A stretch of DNA of 45,682 nt from Steroidobacteraceae bacterium (lineage in GTDB: Bacteria > Pseudomonadota > Gammaproteobacteria > Steroidobacterales > Steroidobacteraceae). The stretch spans positions 1 to 45,682 of the forward strand of contig JABEVI010000280.1 in assembly GCA_013044085.1 (NCBI GenBank). The letters are read 5' to 3'. The notes beneath the pieces are model-generated. The model was not told the DNA's origin, searched no databases, and worked only from the letters and a program-made list of their open reading frames with translations. Positions 1 to 13,673 of the stretch are shown here, piece by piece (position 1 is the stretch's first letter; each line of letters starts with the position of its first letter). A program made the position numbers and the translations under genes.

Positions 1-371
1 ATCTTCAGCTCGCGCAGATTGCGGCGCGCCCGCCCGAGCAGCGGCTCGATGCGCTCGATCGTGTAGACCTCGGTCGCGAACGCCGTCAGCACCGCGGTCT
101 GATAGCCGCAACCGGTGCCGATCTCGAGCACCCGCCGCAGCGCTCCCCCGGCGGCGAGCGCTTCGGTCATGCGCGCGACGATGTAGGGCTGCGAGATCGT
201 CTGGCCGTAGCCGATCGGCAGCGCGGTATCCTCGTAGGCGCGGCTGGCGAGCGCCTCGTCGACGAACAGATGCCGCGGCACGTGCCGGATCCGGTCGAGC
301 ACGCGTTGATCGCGGATGCCTTGATCGGCGAGACGCTGCACGAGCCGTTCACGGGTGCGTGCCGAGGTCAT
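1..371 (-). CDS. pcm: protein-L-isoaspartate O-methyltransferase (N-terminal part; 3' end runs off the window)
   Basis: The minus frame is open from ATG (revcomp of cat 369-371) to the window edge. Hand translation is [68 protein letters not shown]...[15 protein letters not shown]. It carries PIMT hallmarks (GQTISQP, SAM-binding EIGTGxGY). It is missing from the ORF track only because its stop is outside the window. It lies downstream of surE, as in the conserved surE-pcm pair. Confidence 0.85.
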   Translation of the reverse strand, partial: MTSARTRERLVQRLADQGIRDQRVLDRIRHVPRHLFVDEALASRAYEDTALPIGYGQTISQPYIVARMTEALAAGGALRRVLEIGTGCGYQTAVLTAFATEVYTIERIEPLLGRARRNLRELK

Positions 372-409
372 GCCGATGCCCGAATGGCGGGAATTTTCGA
401 GCGGACTAT

Positions 410-1174
410 TCACGGCGCAGGCGCCTCATCGCGCAGCCATCGCTCGGTGTCGGGGATCGAGGCATGCCGCGTCAGGTCGATCTGCAGAGGCGTGATCGAG
501 ACGAAGCCCTCCGCGATCGCGTGAAAGTCGGTGCCGGGCCCCGCATCCTGACCGGCGCCGGCCGAGCCGACCCAGAACACCTCGCGGCCGCGCGGATCCT
601 GCGCACGCACCACCGGCTCGCTGCGATGCCGGTTGCCGAGGCGCGTGACCCGCAGGCCGCGCAACTGGCCGTTGGGCAGATCCGGCACATTGACGTTCAG
701 GATCACCGAACTGTCGAGCGGCCGCTGCGCCAGACGCTTGACCAGCTCCGCCGCGACGCGCGCCGCGGCCTCGAAGTTTCGCGGACTGCCCGGCTCGACG
801 CACAGCGACACCGCCACCGCCGACAGACCGAGGAAGCGTCCCTCCATGGCGGCGGCGACGGTGCCCGAGTAGAGCACGTCATCGCCAAGATTCGCGCCGT
901 CGTTGACGCCGGAGACCACCAGATCATGGTCGAAATCGAACAAACCGGAGATCGCCAGATGCACGCAGTCGGTCGGCGTGCCATTGACGAAATAGGCGTG
1001 CTCGTCGTAGCGCCATGCGCGCAGCGGCACATCGAGCGTAAGGGAATTGCTTGCGCCGCTGCGATTGCGGTCCGGCGCGACCACCGTCACCGACCCGAGC
1101 GGCTCGATCGCCGCGCGCAGCGCCGACAATCCTTGCGCGCGATAGCCGTCGTCGTTCGAGAGTAGGATTTTCAC
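410..1174 (-). CDS. surE: 5'/3'-nucleotidase SurE
   Basis: 254-aa ORF starting [16 protein letters not shown], with GTPTDCV and [10 protein letters not shown] motifs typical of SurE. It is followed by pcm. Confidence 0.95.
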   Translation of the reverse strand: MKILLSNDDGYRAQGLSALRAAIEPLGSVTVVAPDRNRSGASNSLTLDVPLRAWRYDEHAYFVNGTPTDCVHLAISGLFDFDHDLVVSGVNDGANLGDDVLYSGTVAAAMEGRFLGLSAVAVSLCVEPGSPRNFEAAARVAAELVKRLAQRPLDSSVILNVNVPDLPNGQLRGLRVTRLGNRHRSEPVVRAQDPRGREVFWVGSAGAGQDAGPGTDFHAIAEGFVSITPLQIDLTRHASIPDTERWLRDEAPAP

Positions 1175-1266
1175 TTTTCTTTCAGGGGACCACCAAAGGG
1201 TGGCGGGCGGCGCCGTGCGAACTATACTGTAAGCTCAGCAACGCCGATAGCCGAGCGAGCCCGCCC

Positions 1267-1848
1267 ATGAGCGCCGAGGAAAAACGCAACCACCGCGAGA
1301 GGCGCGAAGCGCAGGGCGACGGCGCCGATGCGGCGGCGTTTCGCGACGCGATGCGCGGCGTGAAGCGCCTTGCGCCCCGGGCCGCGCCGATCGCCCCGCC
1401 GCCGCCCTCGGCCGCGCAGAAAAAGCGCGCGGCGCGCGCCCGCGCGGCGGCGAGCGGCGAGACGGCTGCAGAGGGCGGTGCGCCGCCCGTCGACACCTCC
1501 ACGCCACCGCCCGAGCGGCTCGCGTTCCGGCGACCCGGTGTACGCGATGGACAATTTCGCCAACTGCGCCGTGGCGGCCCCGGCGTGCAAGAGGAACTGG
1601 ATCTGCACGGCCTGACGCAGCTGCACGCGCATCGGCTGCTGGTGGAGTTTCTCGACGACTGCCGTGAACGCGGGCTGCGCTGCGTACGCATCATCCACGG
1701 CAAGGGCATGCGCTCCGGGGCGCGCGGCCCGGTGCTCAAAGCGGCGGTCAACGAGTGGCTGCGCCACCGCCACGAAGTCATCGCCTTCGCCACGGCGCGG
1801 CCGGCCGACGGCGGCTCGGGCGCGCTATACGTGCTGCTGCGCGCCTGA
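1267..1848 (+). CDS. Smr-domain protein (SmrB/YfcN-like endonuclease)
   Basis: The C-terminal 80 aa, LDLHGLTQLHAHRLLVEFLDDCRERGLRCVRIIHGKGMRSGARGPVLKAAVNEWL...GGSGALYVLL, is a clear Smr domain (LDLHG, HGKG). The ORF-track start at 1051 overlaps surE. The first in-frame start outside surE is ATG 1267 (MSAEEKRNH), and no GTG or TTG lies between. The N-terminal half is Ala/Pro/Arg-rich low complexity. Confidence 0.75.
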   Translation: MSAEEKRNHRERREAQGDGADAAAFRDAMRGVKRLAPRAAPIAPPPPSAAQKKRAARARAAASGETAAEGGAPPVDTSTPPPERLAFRRPGVRDGQFRQLRRGGPGVQEELDLHGLTQLHAHRLLVEFLDDCRERGLRCVRIIHGKGMRSGARGPVLKAAVNEWLRHRHEVIAFATARPADGGSGALYVLLRA

Positions 1849-3057
1849 GCCGGCCAAATCCCGCGGCGCCTCGAGCAACACGCACGCCGAGGCGGCGAGT
1901 CCCTCGGCGCGCCCTATGAAGCCCAGGCGCTCGGTGGTCGTCGCCTTGACGTTGATCGCGCCCGGCGGCACCCCGAGATCCTCGGCGAGCGCGCCGGCCA
2001 TCGCCGCGCGGTGCCGCGCGATGCGCGGCGCCTCGGCGAGCACCGTGATGTCCGCATTGGCGAGCACGAAGCCGGCGGCGCGCATCCGCGCCGCGACCGT
2101 GCGCAGGAACACGCGGCTGTCGGCGCCCCGATGACGCGGATCGCTGTCGGGAAAATGTTCGCCGATATCGCCCGCACCGAGCGCGCCGAGGATCGCGTCG
2201 CAGAGCGCGTGAATGACCACATCACCGTCCGAATGCGCGACCACCCCGCGCGTGTGGGCGATGCGCACGCCGCCCAACATCACGTGATCACCCTCGCCGA
2301 AGCTGTGCACGTCGAAACCTTGACCGACCCTCATCCTTCGCGCCTCCGCATGGCCCAAGATGCGGGCGGCGGTGTGCAGATCCTCCGCCCTCGTGACCTT
2401 GATGTTGAGCGGCGAACCCGGCACCAGGACGTGCGCATGGCCGGCGCGCTCCATCGCCTGGGCCTCGTCGGTGACCGCAAATCCCGCCGCGGCGGCGGCC
2501 GCGAGCGCATCGCGCAGCCGCCCATGCGGGAACACCTGCGGCGTCAGCGCGCGCCACAGCCCGGTGCGCTCGAGCGTCTCGATCGAACCGTCGGCACGTG
2601 CCCGCTTGATCGTATCGACGAGCGGCGCGCCGAGCAGCGCGCCGGGCGCACCCTGATCGAGCGCCGCCAACAAGGCCTCGATGTCGGCGGCGCCGAGACA
2701 CGGTCGCGCGGCGTCGTGCACGAGCACCCAGTCCTCCTCGGCGGCCAGATCGGCGAGGCGCGTAAGTCCATTCGCCACCGATTGCTGCCGGCTCGCACCA
2801 CCGATCGCCGACAGCAGGCGCGGCTCGGCGAGCCGCGCCGCGATGCCGGCCCAGTGCGGGTCCGTGGGGGCGGTGACGACGACGACCGCCTCGATGCGCG
2901 CATTCGCGAGCAAGGCGGCGATCGACCACTCGATCATCGCGCGCCCCTCGAGTTCGACGTACTGCTTCGGCAAGGCGGCGTCGGGCGCGAAGCGCTCGCC
3001 GCGGCCGGCCGCCGGCAGGATCGCGAACACGCGCCGTGCCTCGCGCGCGCGGTTCAT
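1825..3057 (-). CDS. ispDF: bifunctional 2-C-methyl-D-erythritol 4-phosphate cytidylyltransferase / 2-C-methyl-D-erythritol 2,4-cyclodiphosphate synthase (IspDF fusion)
   Basis: Single 410-aa frame. The N-terminal IspD part has FAILPAAGRGERF and VLVHDAARP. The C-terminal IspF part starts near residue 242 (nt about 2334) with MRVGQGFDVHSF and contains HSDGDVVIHALCDA. There is no stop between the halves. Its ATG overlaps the ftsB stop (ATGA at 3054-3057). Confidence 0.93.
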   Translation of the reverse strand: MNRAREARRVFAILPAAGRGERFAPDAALPKQYVELEGRAMIEWSIAALLANARIEAVVVVTAPTDPHWAGIAARLAEPRLLSAIGGASRQQSVANGLTRLADLAAEEDWVLVHDAARPCLGAADIEALLAALDQGAPGALLGAPLVDTIKRARADGSIETLERTGLWRALTPQVFPHGRLRDALAAAAAAGFAVTDEAQAMERAGHAHVLVPGSPLNIKVTRAEDLHTAARILGHAEARRMRVGQGFDVHSFGEGDHVMLGGVRIAHTRGVVAHSDGDVVIHALCDAILGALGAGDIGEHFPDSDPRHRGADSRVFLRTVAARMRAAGFVLANADITVLAEAPRIARHRAAMAGALAEDLGVPPGAINVKATTTERLGFIGRAEGLAASACVLLEAPRDLAGSGAQQHV

Positions 3058-3392
3058 TCGTTGCGGGCGGTGACGTTGCGGGCGGTGATGGCGGACGCCG
3101 GGGGTGAGGGGGTGCTCGCCGGCACGACCTCGTAGAAGGTCTCGTTGGCACCGATCATGCCGAGTTCGCTGCGCGCCTTTTCCTCGAGCGCTCCGCGGCC
3201 GACCTTCAAGTCCTGCACCTCGGCGGCGAGCCGCGCGTTGTGTGCGGCCTGGGTCGCGTTCGCGGCGGTCTGCGCGACGATCTCGGACTGCAGGCGCATG
3301 ACCTCACGCGTACCCTGGTTCGAGAACCACAGCCGGTACTGCAGCATGATCAAGGCCAAACCGAGCGCTGCGGTAAAAACCCTCATTGTCAC
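3054..3392 (-). CDS. ftsB: cell division protein FtsB
   Basis: 112 aa. It has an N-terminal TM segment followed by a coiled coil: LQYRLWFSNQG...ALEEKARSELGMIGANETFYEVVP aligns with the E. coli FtsB pattern (LQYSLWFGKNG...ALEERARNELSM..GETFYRLVP). Position between eno and ispD is conserved. Confidence 0.9.
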   Translation of the reverse strand: MTMRVFTAALGLALIMLQYRLWFSNQGTREVMRLQSEIVAQTAANATQAAHNARLAAEVQDLKVGRGALEEKARSELGMIGANETFYEVVPASTPSPPASAITARNVTARNE

Positions 3393-3411
3393 ATGAGCTT
3401 AGCATGAACAC

Positions 3412-7186
<3,775 letters not shown>

Positions 7187-7273
7187 CTACGCACGCCACG
7201 GCAGCCGACCGTCGCGGGTCGCTGCGCCGATGCGCGAGCCTGGTTGGGAATTACGGGAATTCGACGGGAGTTC

Positions 7274-7302
7274 AGAGTACCAGAACCTGCGCGCGGGAAC
7301 AA
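7274..7302 (-). promoter_or_regulatory. candidate sigma-70 promoter for pyrG (TTGTTC-17 nt-TACTCT with TG at the extended -10 position)
   Basis: The minus strand reads TTGTTC (7302-7297), then a 17-nt spacer ending in TGG, then TACTCT (7279-7274). It lies directly after the tilS stop (7303-7305) and about 100 nt upstream of the pyrG ATG. This is a pattern match by eye only. Confidence 0.3.
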
Positions 7303-8634
7303 TCAAAGCAGCGCCGGCGCATCCTCCCAATCGATGCCTGCGCCCGGTTCGGTGCGCGCGCCGCACACGCGCGCCTCGAGCCAGCGATCGGCCACCGCGA
7401 TCAGGCGCGGCCCCGCGTAAACGAACGGCAGCGCCGCGCGCATCCACGGCGGCACGCCTTCGGCCTGGCACAGATGCTGCACGGTGCGCGTCGGCGCGCG
7501 CGGCGCGAGCCGCAGCGATTCCCCGCCGCACCGCGCCCGCACGGTCAGTGTCGGCGGCAACAGCGCCGCCGCCAGCCCGCCGGCGCGCTCGACCCAGCGC
7601 AGGCGTCCGAGCCCGTGGCCGAGTTCGAGCGTCGGCTCGACGTGTGGATTCCAGCTCAAGGGGTCCGCGAAGCGCGCCGGCACGGCCGGCGTCAGGTAAA
7701 TGCGTCCGCGGTAGCGCCGTAAGGCATGCTCACCCCAGATGATCGCCGGCACGTGATCCTCACGCGCATCGAGGCACTGGCGCAGCGCCTCGGCGAGTCG
7801 CGCGGCCGGTGGCGGCACCGCCCGTTCGCCGATCCAGCGGCGCAGCGCGTTGCGACGCCTCGCCGGCGCGAGCGCCCGCAGCCGCGCGACCGACAGTTCG
7901 GCGCCGTCGCGCAAGCCGGCCAGATCCTCATCGGCGAGCGCGTTCAGCAGCTCGAGCGCCTCGGCCGCATGCCGCGCCGTGCGTCCGAGAGCGCCGGCCG
8001 CACCGGGCCAACGCTCGCTGATCCCGGGCCAGACTCGCAGGCGAAGGTGGGCGCGGTCGAAGCGTGGATCGCGGTTCATCGGATCGACGGCCGTATCGAG
8101 ACCGAGCGAGGCCACGCAACGCCCGAGCTCGCGGCGCGGCACCTCGAGAAAGGGTCGCAGATGCTCGCCGCGCCCGAGCGGACGGCAGCGCGGCATGCCC
8201 GCGAGCCCGGCCGGGCCGCAACCGCGCAAGGCCTGCAGCAGCACCGTCTCGGCCTGATCCTCGGCGTGATGGGCGGTGAGCAAGCATTCACCGGGCGCGA
8301 GCTGCGCGGCGAGCGCCGCGTAGCGGGCATCGCGCGCAGCCTCTTCGAGCGAGGCGCCCGGTGCGGCCCCGACCGCCACCGTGAGGATCGACAAAGGCAC
8401 GCCGAGATGCGCGCAGAGCGTCGTGCAAAGTCGTCGAAAATCCGCCGCCGCCGCCTGCAGACCGTGGTCCACATGCACGGCACGCAAGGGCATGACGCCG
8501 GCGGCCGCGGCCGCGGCGGCGGCGAGCAGACAGGCCGAATCGGCGCCTCCGCTCAGGGCGACGACCATGCCGCTCGCCCGCGGCGGCAGCTGCGCCCGCA
8601 GGCTCGCCGCGAGCGCATGAAGGCCCGGATGCAT
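7303..8634 (-). CDS. tilS: tRNA(Ile)-lysidine synthase
   Basis: PP-loop motif MVVALSGGADSACLL near the N-terminus. The size (443 aa from ATG 8634, MHPGLHALA) and the position after accA are typical. The track start at 8691 would overlap accA by 50 nt. ATG 8634 lies 7 nt after the accA stop. Confidence 0.85.
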   Translation of the reverse strand: MHPGLHALAASLRAQLPPRASGMVVALSGGADSACLLAAAAAAAAGVMPLRAVHVDHGLQAAAADFRRLCTTLCAHLGVPLSILTVAVGAAPGASLEEAARDARYAALAAQLAPGECLLTAHHAEDQAETVLLQALRGCGPAGLAGMPRCRPLGRGEHLRPFLEVPRRELGRCVASLGLDTAVDPMNRDPRFDRAHLRLRVWPGISERWPGAAGALGRTARHAAEALELLNALADEDLAGLRDGAELSVARLRALAPARRRNALRRWIGERAVPPPAARLAEALRQCLDAREDHVPAIIWGEHALRRYRGRIYLTPAVPARFADPLSWNPHVEPTLELGHGLGRLRWVERAGGLAAALLPPTLTVRARCGGESLRLAPRAPTRTVQHLCQAEGVPPWMRAALPFVYAGPRLIAVADRWLEARVCGARTEPGAGIDWEDAPALL

Positions 8635-8641
8635 CGCGGCT

Positions 8642-9601
8642 TCAGCCCTCGCGGTACGCGCCGAACGAGCGCACGCGCGCCTGGCGCGCATCGAGCAGCT
8701 GCGTGACCGGCATGGCCCGCAGTTCGGCCAGATGGCGAAGAATGCACTCCTTCAAAGCCTCGGCCATCGCCTGCGGATTCCGGTGGGCGGCGCCGCAGGG
8801 CTCCTTGAGCACTTCATCGACCAAGCCGAGCTTCTGCAGCCGCTCCGCGGTGCCGCCCATCGCATCGGCGGCGATCTCCTTTTTATCGGTGCTCTTCCAC
8901 AAAATCGAGGCGCAACTTTCCGGCGAGATCACCGAGTAGACCGAGAACTGCAGCATCACCAGCCGGTCGCAGACGCCGATCGCGAGCGCGCCGCCCGAAC
9001 CGCCCTCGCCGATCACGATCGAGAGCACGGGTGCGCCGAGCGCCGACATCTCGAACAAGTTGCGGGCGATCGCCTCGCTCTGGCCGCGCTCCTCCGAGCC
9101 GATCCCGGGATAAGCGCCCGGCGTGTCGATCAAGGTGACCACGGGCAGGCGGAAGCGCTCGGCCATCATCATCAGCCGCAGCGCCTTGCGATAGCCCTCG
9201 GGCTTCGGCATGCCGTAGTTGCGGCGGACCCGCTCCTTGGTGTCGCGGCCCTTCTGGTGGCCGATCAGCACGAGCGGTATGCCCTCGATGCGGGCGAGGC
9301 CGCCGACGATCGCCAGATCGTCGCCGTACATGCGGTCGCCGTGCAATTCGTGCCAGTCCGTGAAGATCATCGAGACGTAGTCCAGGGTGTACGGGCGCTG
9401 CGGGTGACGCGCCAGCTGCGTGATCTGCCACGGCGTCAAGTTCTGGAAAATGCTCGCCGTGAGCGCGCGGCTCTTCGCCTGCAGCCGTTTGATCTCCTCG
9501 GATAGGTTGACGCTCGGGTCATCGCCGAGGAATTTCAGCTCCTCGATCTTCGCCTCGAGTTCGGCAATCGGTTGCTCAAAATCCAAGAAATTCATCGCCA
9601 T
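8642..9601 (-). CDS. accA: acetyl-CoA carboxylase carboxyltransferase subunit alpha
   Basis: 319 aa. [22 protein letters not shown] matches the AccA N-terminus (E. coli [19 protein letters not shown]). The motif [13 protein letters not shown] is present. The second Met (ATG 9595) forms an ATGA overlap with the dnaE stop, so the true start may be 9595. Confidence 0.95.
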   Translation of the reverse strand: MAMNFLDFEQPIAELEAKIEELKFLGDDPSVNLSEEIKRLQAKSRALTASIFQNLTPWQITQLARHPQRPYTLDYVSMIFTDWHELHGDRMYGDDLAIVGGLARIEGIPLVLIGHQKGRDTKERVRRNYGMPKPEGYRKALRLMMMAERFRLPVVTLIDTPGAYPGIGSEERGQSEAIARNLFEMSALGAPVLSIVIGEGGSGGALAIGVCDRLVMLQFSVYSVISPESCASILWKSTDKKEIAADAMGGTAERLQKLGLVDEVLKEPCGAAHRNPQAMAEALKECILRHLAELRAMPVTQLLDARQARVRSFGAYREG

Positions 9602-12600
9602 GTGGAAGTTTCCTCATCCCGGACTTCCGTCCTAGGACCATAGACCAAATACCAGCCGTCCCGCCCGACGCGGGCCGTCAATTCATCCAACAGCGCGCGG
9701 GTCGGCCGCACCGACCAGGCATCCGCGAGCAGCACCTGGCCGGAATATCCCGGCCGCTCGAGGTAGACGCCGATTGCGCAAGGGCCTTTCAAATGGGGCT
9801 TCAACAATTCCTCGAAGCGCTGCATGCCGGCCGGCGTGTCGAATTCGGCCGGCCAACGGATCCATAGTCGGCGCGCATGCCGCTCGCGCGCCCGGTCGAT
9901 GTCGATCAAGGACTTCGCCTGAAGCCGCCAGGCTTCGATGAAGTCATCGAAGCGCAGCGAACCGTCGATCAGCAGAATCGCATCCTTGACGACCACGTCG
10001 CGATGCTTCTGGTAGATCTCCTCATACAGGCTCACCTCGAGGCGGCCGGTGCGATCATCGAGGATGAGCGTGACGCGATTCGGCCGGCGGCGCACCTCGA
10101 GCACGAGCCCGGCGACGGTCACCGGCTTGCCCGCCGACCAGGCGCGACCGCCCTCCACCGCGGCCGGCTTCGGTCCGCCGACATCCGCGAGGCGCGCGCC
10201 GACCAGAAATTTCAGGTCCGGCTCGTAGGAGGTGATCGGGTGTCCGCTCAGGAACAGCCCGAGGGTTTCGCGCTCGCCGGCGAGACGCACCGACTCGCTC
10301 CACTCCGCAAGCACCAGGTCCTCGGCCGCGTTCAGCCCGAACAGATCCACCTGGCCGGTGCTTGCGGCACGCGAGTTCTGCTCGCCCAGGTGCATCGCGC
10401 GCTCCAGTTCGGCGGCGAGCGTCGCCCGGTTCGCGCCGATCGAATCGAGGCTGCCGGAACGGATCAGCGCCTCCAGGACCCGCTTGTTCACCCGCTGCAG
10501 ATCGATGCGCCGGCAGACATCGGCAAGGTCGCCGAAGCGTCCGCCGCGCACACGCTCCTCGACGATCGCCTCGACCGCCGAGGCGCCGACGCCCTTGATC
10601 GCGCCGAGGCCGTAGCGGATCCGCTCGCCGCCGGCGACCGCGAACTTGTAGATCGATTCGTTGATGTCCGGGGCGAGCACCTGAAGGCCCATGCTCGCGC
10701 ATTCGTCGATCAAGGTGACGACCTTGTCGGTCTTGTCCATGTCGGCCGAGAGCACCGCGGCCATGAACGCGGCCGGATGATGCGCCTTCAACCACGCGGT
10801 CTGGTAGGAGAGCAGCGCGTAGGCGGCCGAGTGCGACTTGTTGAAGCCGTAACCGGCGAATTTCTCCATCAAGTCGAAGATGTGGGTCGCCTGCGCCTCG
10901 CGCACGCCGCGCCCGACCGCGCCACCGACGAACACCGAGCGCTGCTTGGCCATCTCCTCGGCCTTCTTCTTGCCCATGGCCCGGCGCAGCAGGTCGGCTC
11001 CGCCGAGCGTGTAGCCGGCGAGGATTTGCGCTATCTGCATGACCTGTTCCTGGTACAGGATCACCCCATAGGTCGCGGCCAGGACCGGCTGCAGATCCGG
11101 ATGCAGGTAGTCGATCTTCGCGCCGGTGGTGTCGTGTTTTCGCGCGATGAAATCATCGACCATGCCCGATTGCAGCGGGCCCGGACGAAACAGCGCCACC
11201 AGCGCGACGATGTCGCCGAACCGGTCCGGCTGCAGCCGGCGGATCAGGTCCTTCATGCCGCGCGACTCGAGCTGGAAGACCGCGGTCGTACGGCAGCTCT
11301 TCAAGAGCTGGAAGGTGGCCGGATCGTCCATCGGCAGCGCTTCGATCGCGAGCGGCGGTTCGCCCGTTGCCGCGCGCGCGGCGTTGATGTCGCGCACCGC
11401 CCAGTCGATGACCGTGAGCGTGCGCAGTCCGAGGAAGTCGAACTTGACGAGACCGGCGGCCTCGACGTCGTCCTTGTCGAACTGCGTGACCGGCGCCCCG
11501 CCGCCCTCCTCACAGTAGAGCGGCGTGAAATCCGTGAGCACCGACGGGGCGATCACGACGCCGCCCGCATGCGTGCCGGCGTTGCGCACCAGGCCCTCGA
11601 GGGCACGCGCCAGTTCGAGCAGCTCGCGCACCTCCGGATCGCTCGCGTTCAGGCGCGCCAGCTCCTCCTCCTGTTCGAGCGCCTTGTCGAGGGTGATGCC
11701 GATCTCGAAGGGAATCAGCTTGGCGATCTTGTCGACGTAGCCGTAGTTGTGCCCGAGCACGCGGCCGACGTCGCGCACCACCGCCTTCGCCGCGAGCGTG
11801 CCGTAGGTGATGATCTGCGAGACGCGGTCGCGGCCGTATTTGCGGGCGACATAATCGATCACACGATCGCGCCCCTCCATGCAGAAGTCGACGTCGAAAT
11901 CCGGCATCGACACCCGCTCCGGATTCAGGAAGCGCTCGAACAGCAGGTCGTGCTCGATCGGATCGAGGTCCGTGATCGCAAGCGCATAGGCGACGAGCGA
12001 ACCGGCTCCCGATCCGCGGCCGGGCCCGACCGGGACGCCGTTCTCGCGCGCCCAGCGGATGAAATCGGCGACGATCAGAAAATAGCCCGCGAATCCCATC
12101 TGACAGATCACGTCCAGTTCGAGCGCCAGGCGGCTTGCGTAGGCCCCGGCCTCGCGCGGCGCCGAGGCCGCCGCGAGCCGCCCGTCCAATCCGCGCGCGG
12201 CCTCCTCGCGCAGGAACGCCTCCGTGGTGTTGCCGGGCGGCACCGGATAGGCGGGCAGCATCGGCGCGCCGAGCGTCAGTTCGAGCGAGCAGCGTTTGGC
12301 AATCTCCAGGCTGTTCTGCAGCAGTTCCGGGGCGTCGGCGAACAACGCCGCCATCTCGTCCGGGCTCTTCAGGTATTGCTCTTCGGTGTAGCGGCGTACG
12401 CGCCCGGCGTCGGCGAGCAGCGCGCCGTCGTGAATGCAGACTCGCGCCTCGTGGGCGTCGAAATCGGCGCGCGCGAGGAAGCGCACGTCATTGGTCGCTA
12501 CGGCCGGCACGCCGCGCCGGTCGGCCAGATCGAGGATCGCCTCGGCGAGCTCGTTCTCGCCGGCCCGCGCGGTGCGCTGCACTTCCAGATAGAAGCGGTC

Positions 12601-13086
12601 GGCACACAGCTCCAGCCAGGCATCGAGGCAGCGCTGCGCCTCGTCCTCGCGCCCGCGGGCGAGCGCAAGACCGATGTCGCCCTGCGCCGCCCCGGAGAGC
12701 ACGATCAGTCCATCGAGCCGCTCGGCGTCGAGCCAGGCGCGCTCGAGCATCGGCACACCCCCGTGTTGACCCTCCAGATAGGAGCGGGTCACGAGTTCGG
12801 TCAGATGCCGATAGCCGTTGAGGTTCTGACACAGCAGGACGAGCCGCGAGGGCACGGCGCGATCGCCGCTCTCACGGATCCACGCGTCCACGCCGATCAG
12901 CGGCTTGACGCCGGCGCGCTGGCCCTCCTTGTAGAACTTGACCATCGCAAACAGGTTGCTCTGATCGGTCAACGCGACCGCCGGCATTCCCGCCGCGGCG
13001 ACCGCGCTCATCAGTTCGGGCACGCGCACGATCCCATCGACGAGCGAATACTCGGTATGCAGGCGCAGATGCACGAAGCCGCTCAA
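9592..13086 (-). CDS. dnaE: DNA polymerase III subunit alpha
   Basis: The frame is recognisable from [18 protein letters not shown] (PHP domain) through the polymerase core and the OB fold. Start is placed at TTG 13086, (M)SGFVHLRLH, comparable with E. coli MSEPRFVHLRVH. It forms a TTGA overlap with the rnhB stop and is preceded by GGAGG. This gives 1164 aa. The track start at 13320 adds 78 non-homologous residues inside rnhB. Confidence 0.93.
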   Translation of the reverse strand: MSGFVHLRLHTEYSLVDGIVRVPELMSAVAAAGMPAVALTDQSNLFAMVKFYKEGQRAGVKPLIGVDAWIRESGDRAVPSRLVLLCQNLNGYRHLTELVTRSYLEGQHGGVPMLERAWLDAERLDGLIVLSGAAQGDIGLALARGREDEAQRCLDAWLELCADRFYLEVQRTARAGENELAEAILDLADRRGVPAVATNDVRFLARADFDAHEARVCIHDGALLADAGRVRRYTEEQYLKSPDEMAALFADAPELLQNSLEIAKRCSLELTLGAPMLPAYPVPPGNTTEAFLREEAARGLDGRLAAASAPREAGAYASRLALELDVICQMGFAGYFLIVADFIRWARENGVPVGPGRGSGAGSLVAYALAITDLDPIEHDLLFERFLNPERVSMPDFDVDFCMEGRDRVIDYVARKYGRDRVSQIITYGTLAAKAVVRDVGRVLGHNYGYVDKIAKLIPFEIGITLDKALEQEEELARLNASDPEVRELLELARALEGLVRNAGTHAGGVVIAPSVLTDFTPLYCEEGGGAPVTQFDKDDVEAAGLVKFDFLGLRTLTVIDWAVRDINAARAATGEPPLAIEALPMDDPATFQLLKSCRTTAVFQLESRGMKDLIRRLQPDRFGDIVALVALFRPGPLQSGMVDDFIARKHDTTGAKIDYLHPDLQPVLAATYGVILYQEQVMQIAQILAGYTLGGADLLRRAMGKKKAEEMAKQRSVFVGGAVGRGVREAQATHIFDLMEKFAGYGFNKSHSAAYALLSYQTAWLKAHHPAAFMAAVLSADMDKTDKVVTLIDECASMGLQVLAPDINESIYKFAVAGGERIRYGLGAIKGVGASAVEAIVEERVRGGRFGDLADVCRRIDLQRVNKRVLEALIRSGSLDSIGANRATLAAELERAMHLGEQNSRAASTGQVDLFGLNAAEDLVLAEWSESVRLAGERETLGLFLSGHPITSYEPDLKFLVGARLADVGGPKPAAVEGGRAWSAGKPVTVAGLVLEVRRRPNRVTLILDDRTGRLEVSLYEEIYQKHRDVVVKDAILLIDGSLRFDDFIEAWRLQAKSLIDIDRARERHARRLWIRWPAEFDTPAGMQRFEELLKPHLKGPCAIGVYLERPGYSGQVLLADAWSVRPTRALLDELTARVGRDGWYLVYGPRTEVRDEETSTWR

Positions 13087-13673
13087 CGGGCCTCCCCGGC
13101 CGCCGCGGCGACCGGTGCGAAGGATCGGCGGTGCAATGGACACGGGCCGAAACGGCGCAGCAGGCGCCGATGTTCCGCCGTCGGATAGCCCTTGTGGCGC
13201 GCGAACCCATACTGCGGATAGAGCGCGTCGGCGCGCTCCATGTAGGCGTCGCGGGCCGTTTTGGCAAGGATCGAGGCGGCGCCGATGAGCGGCACGCTCG
13301 CATCGCCGCGCACGATGCACCGCGCCTGCAGCCCGGGGCCGAGGCCGGCGAGCGAGGGCGCGCGATTGCCGTCGATCAGCAGGCGCTGCGCGGGCAGCGC
13401 GAGCGCGAGCACCGCACGACGCATCGCGAGCAGCGTCGCCTGGAGAATATCGAGCACGTCGATCTCGGCCGGATCCGCCCAGCCGATTCCGTAGGCGGCC
13501 GCCTCGGCGCGGATTTGACCCGCAAGACGCTCGCGCACCGCCGCGCTTAAGGATTTCGAATCGGCCAGTCCGGGAATCGCGCGGTCCTCGCGCAGGATCA
13601 CCGCGCCGGCGACCACCGGCCCGGCGAGCGGCCCGCGCCCCGCCTCATCGATGCCGGCGACGAGCAGGCTCAA
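13083..13673 (-). CDS. rnhB: ribonuclease HII
   Basis: 196 aa. (M)[24 protein letters not shown], plus DSK and the C-terminal HRRSF motif. The start codon is TTG (revcomp of caa 13671-13673), overlapping the lpxB stop (TTGA). Confidence 0.92.
   Translation of the reverse strand: MSLLVAGIDEAGRGPLAGPVVAGAVILREDRAIPGLADSKSLSAAVRERLAGQIRAEAAAYGIGWADPAEIDVLDILQATLLAMRRAVLALALPAQRLLIDGNRAPSLAGLGPGLQARCIVRGDASVPLIGAASILAKTARDAYMERADALYPQYGFARHKGYPTAEHRRLLRRFGPCPLHRRSFAPVAAAAGEAR

Noticed and set aside
9877-13188. A 1103-aa plus-strand ORF, stop-free for 3.3 kb, antisense to dnaE.
   Set aside because: It lies exactly opposite a confidently recognised dnaE frame. The translation is Arg/Ala/Gly/Asp/His-rich with no recognisable motif. 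Stop-free antisense frames are expected opposite GC3-rich genes because stop codons are AT-rich. No start context or SD is visible.
13087-13320. Long N-terminal extensions offered by the ORF track: dnaE from 13320, lpxB from 14944, cdsA from 23874, pyrH from 25930, rpsB from 27856, glnD from 28328, pstB from 33810, pstA from 34682, dapE from 37744, dsbB from 37875, tilS from 8691, skp from 17750 and pckG from 43780.
   Set aside because: In every case the extension overlaps the upstream gene, or runs into the promoter region, and is Arg/Pro/Gly-rich junk. A downstream start reproduces the canonical family N-terminus and a stop/start junction or SD.
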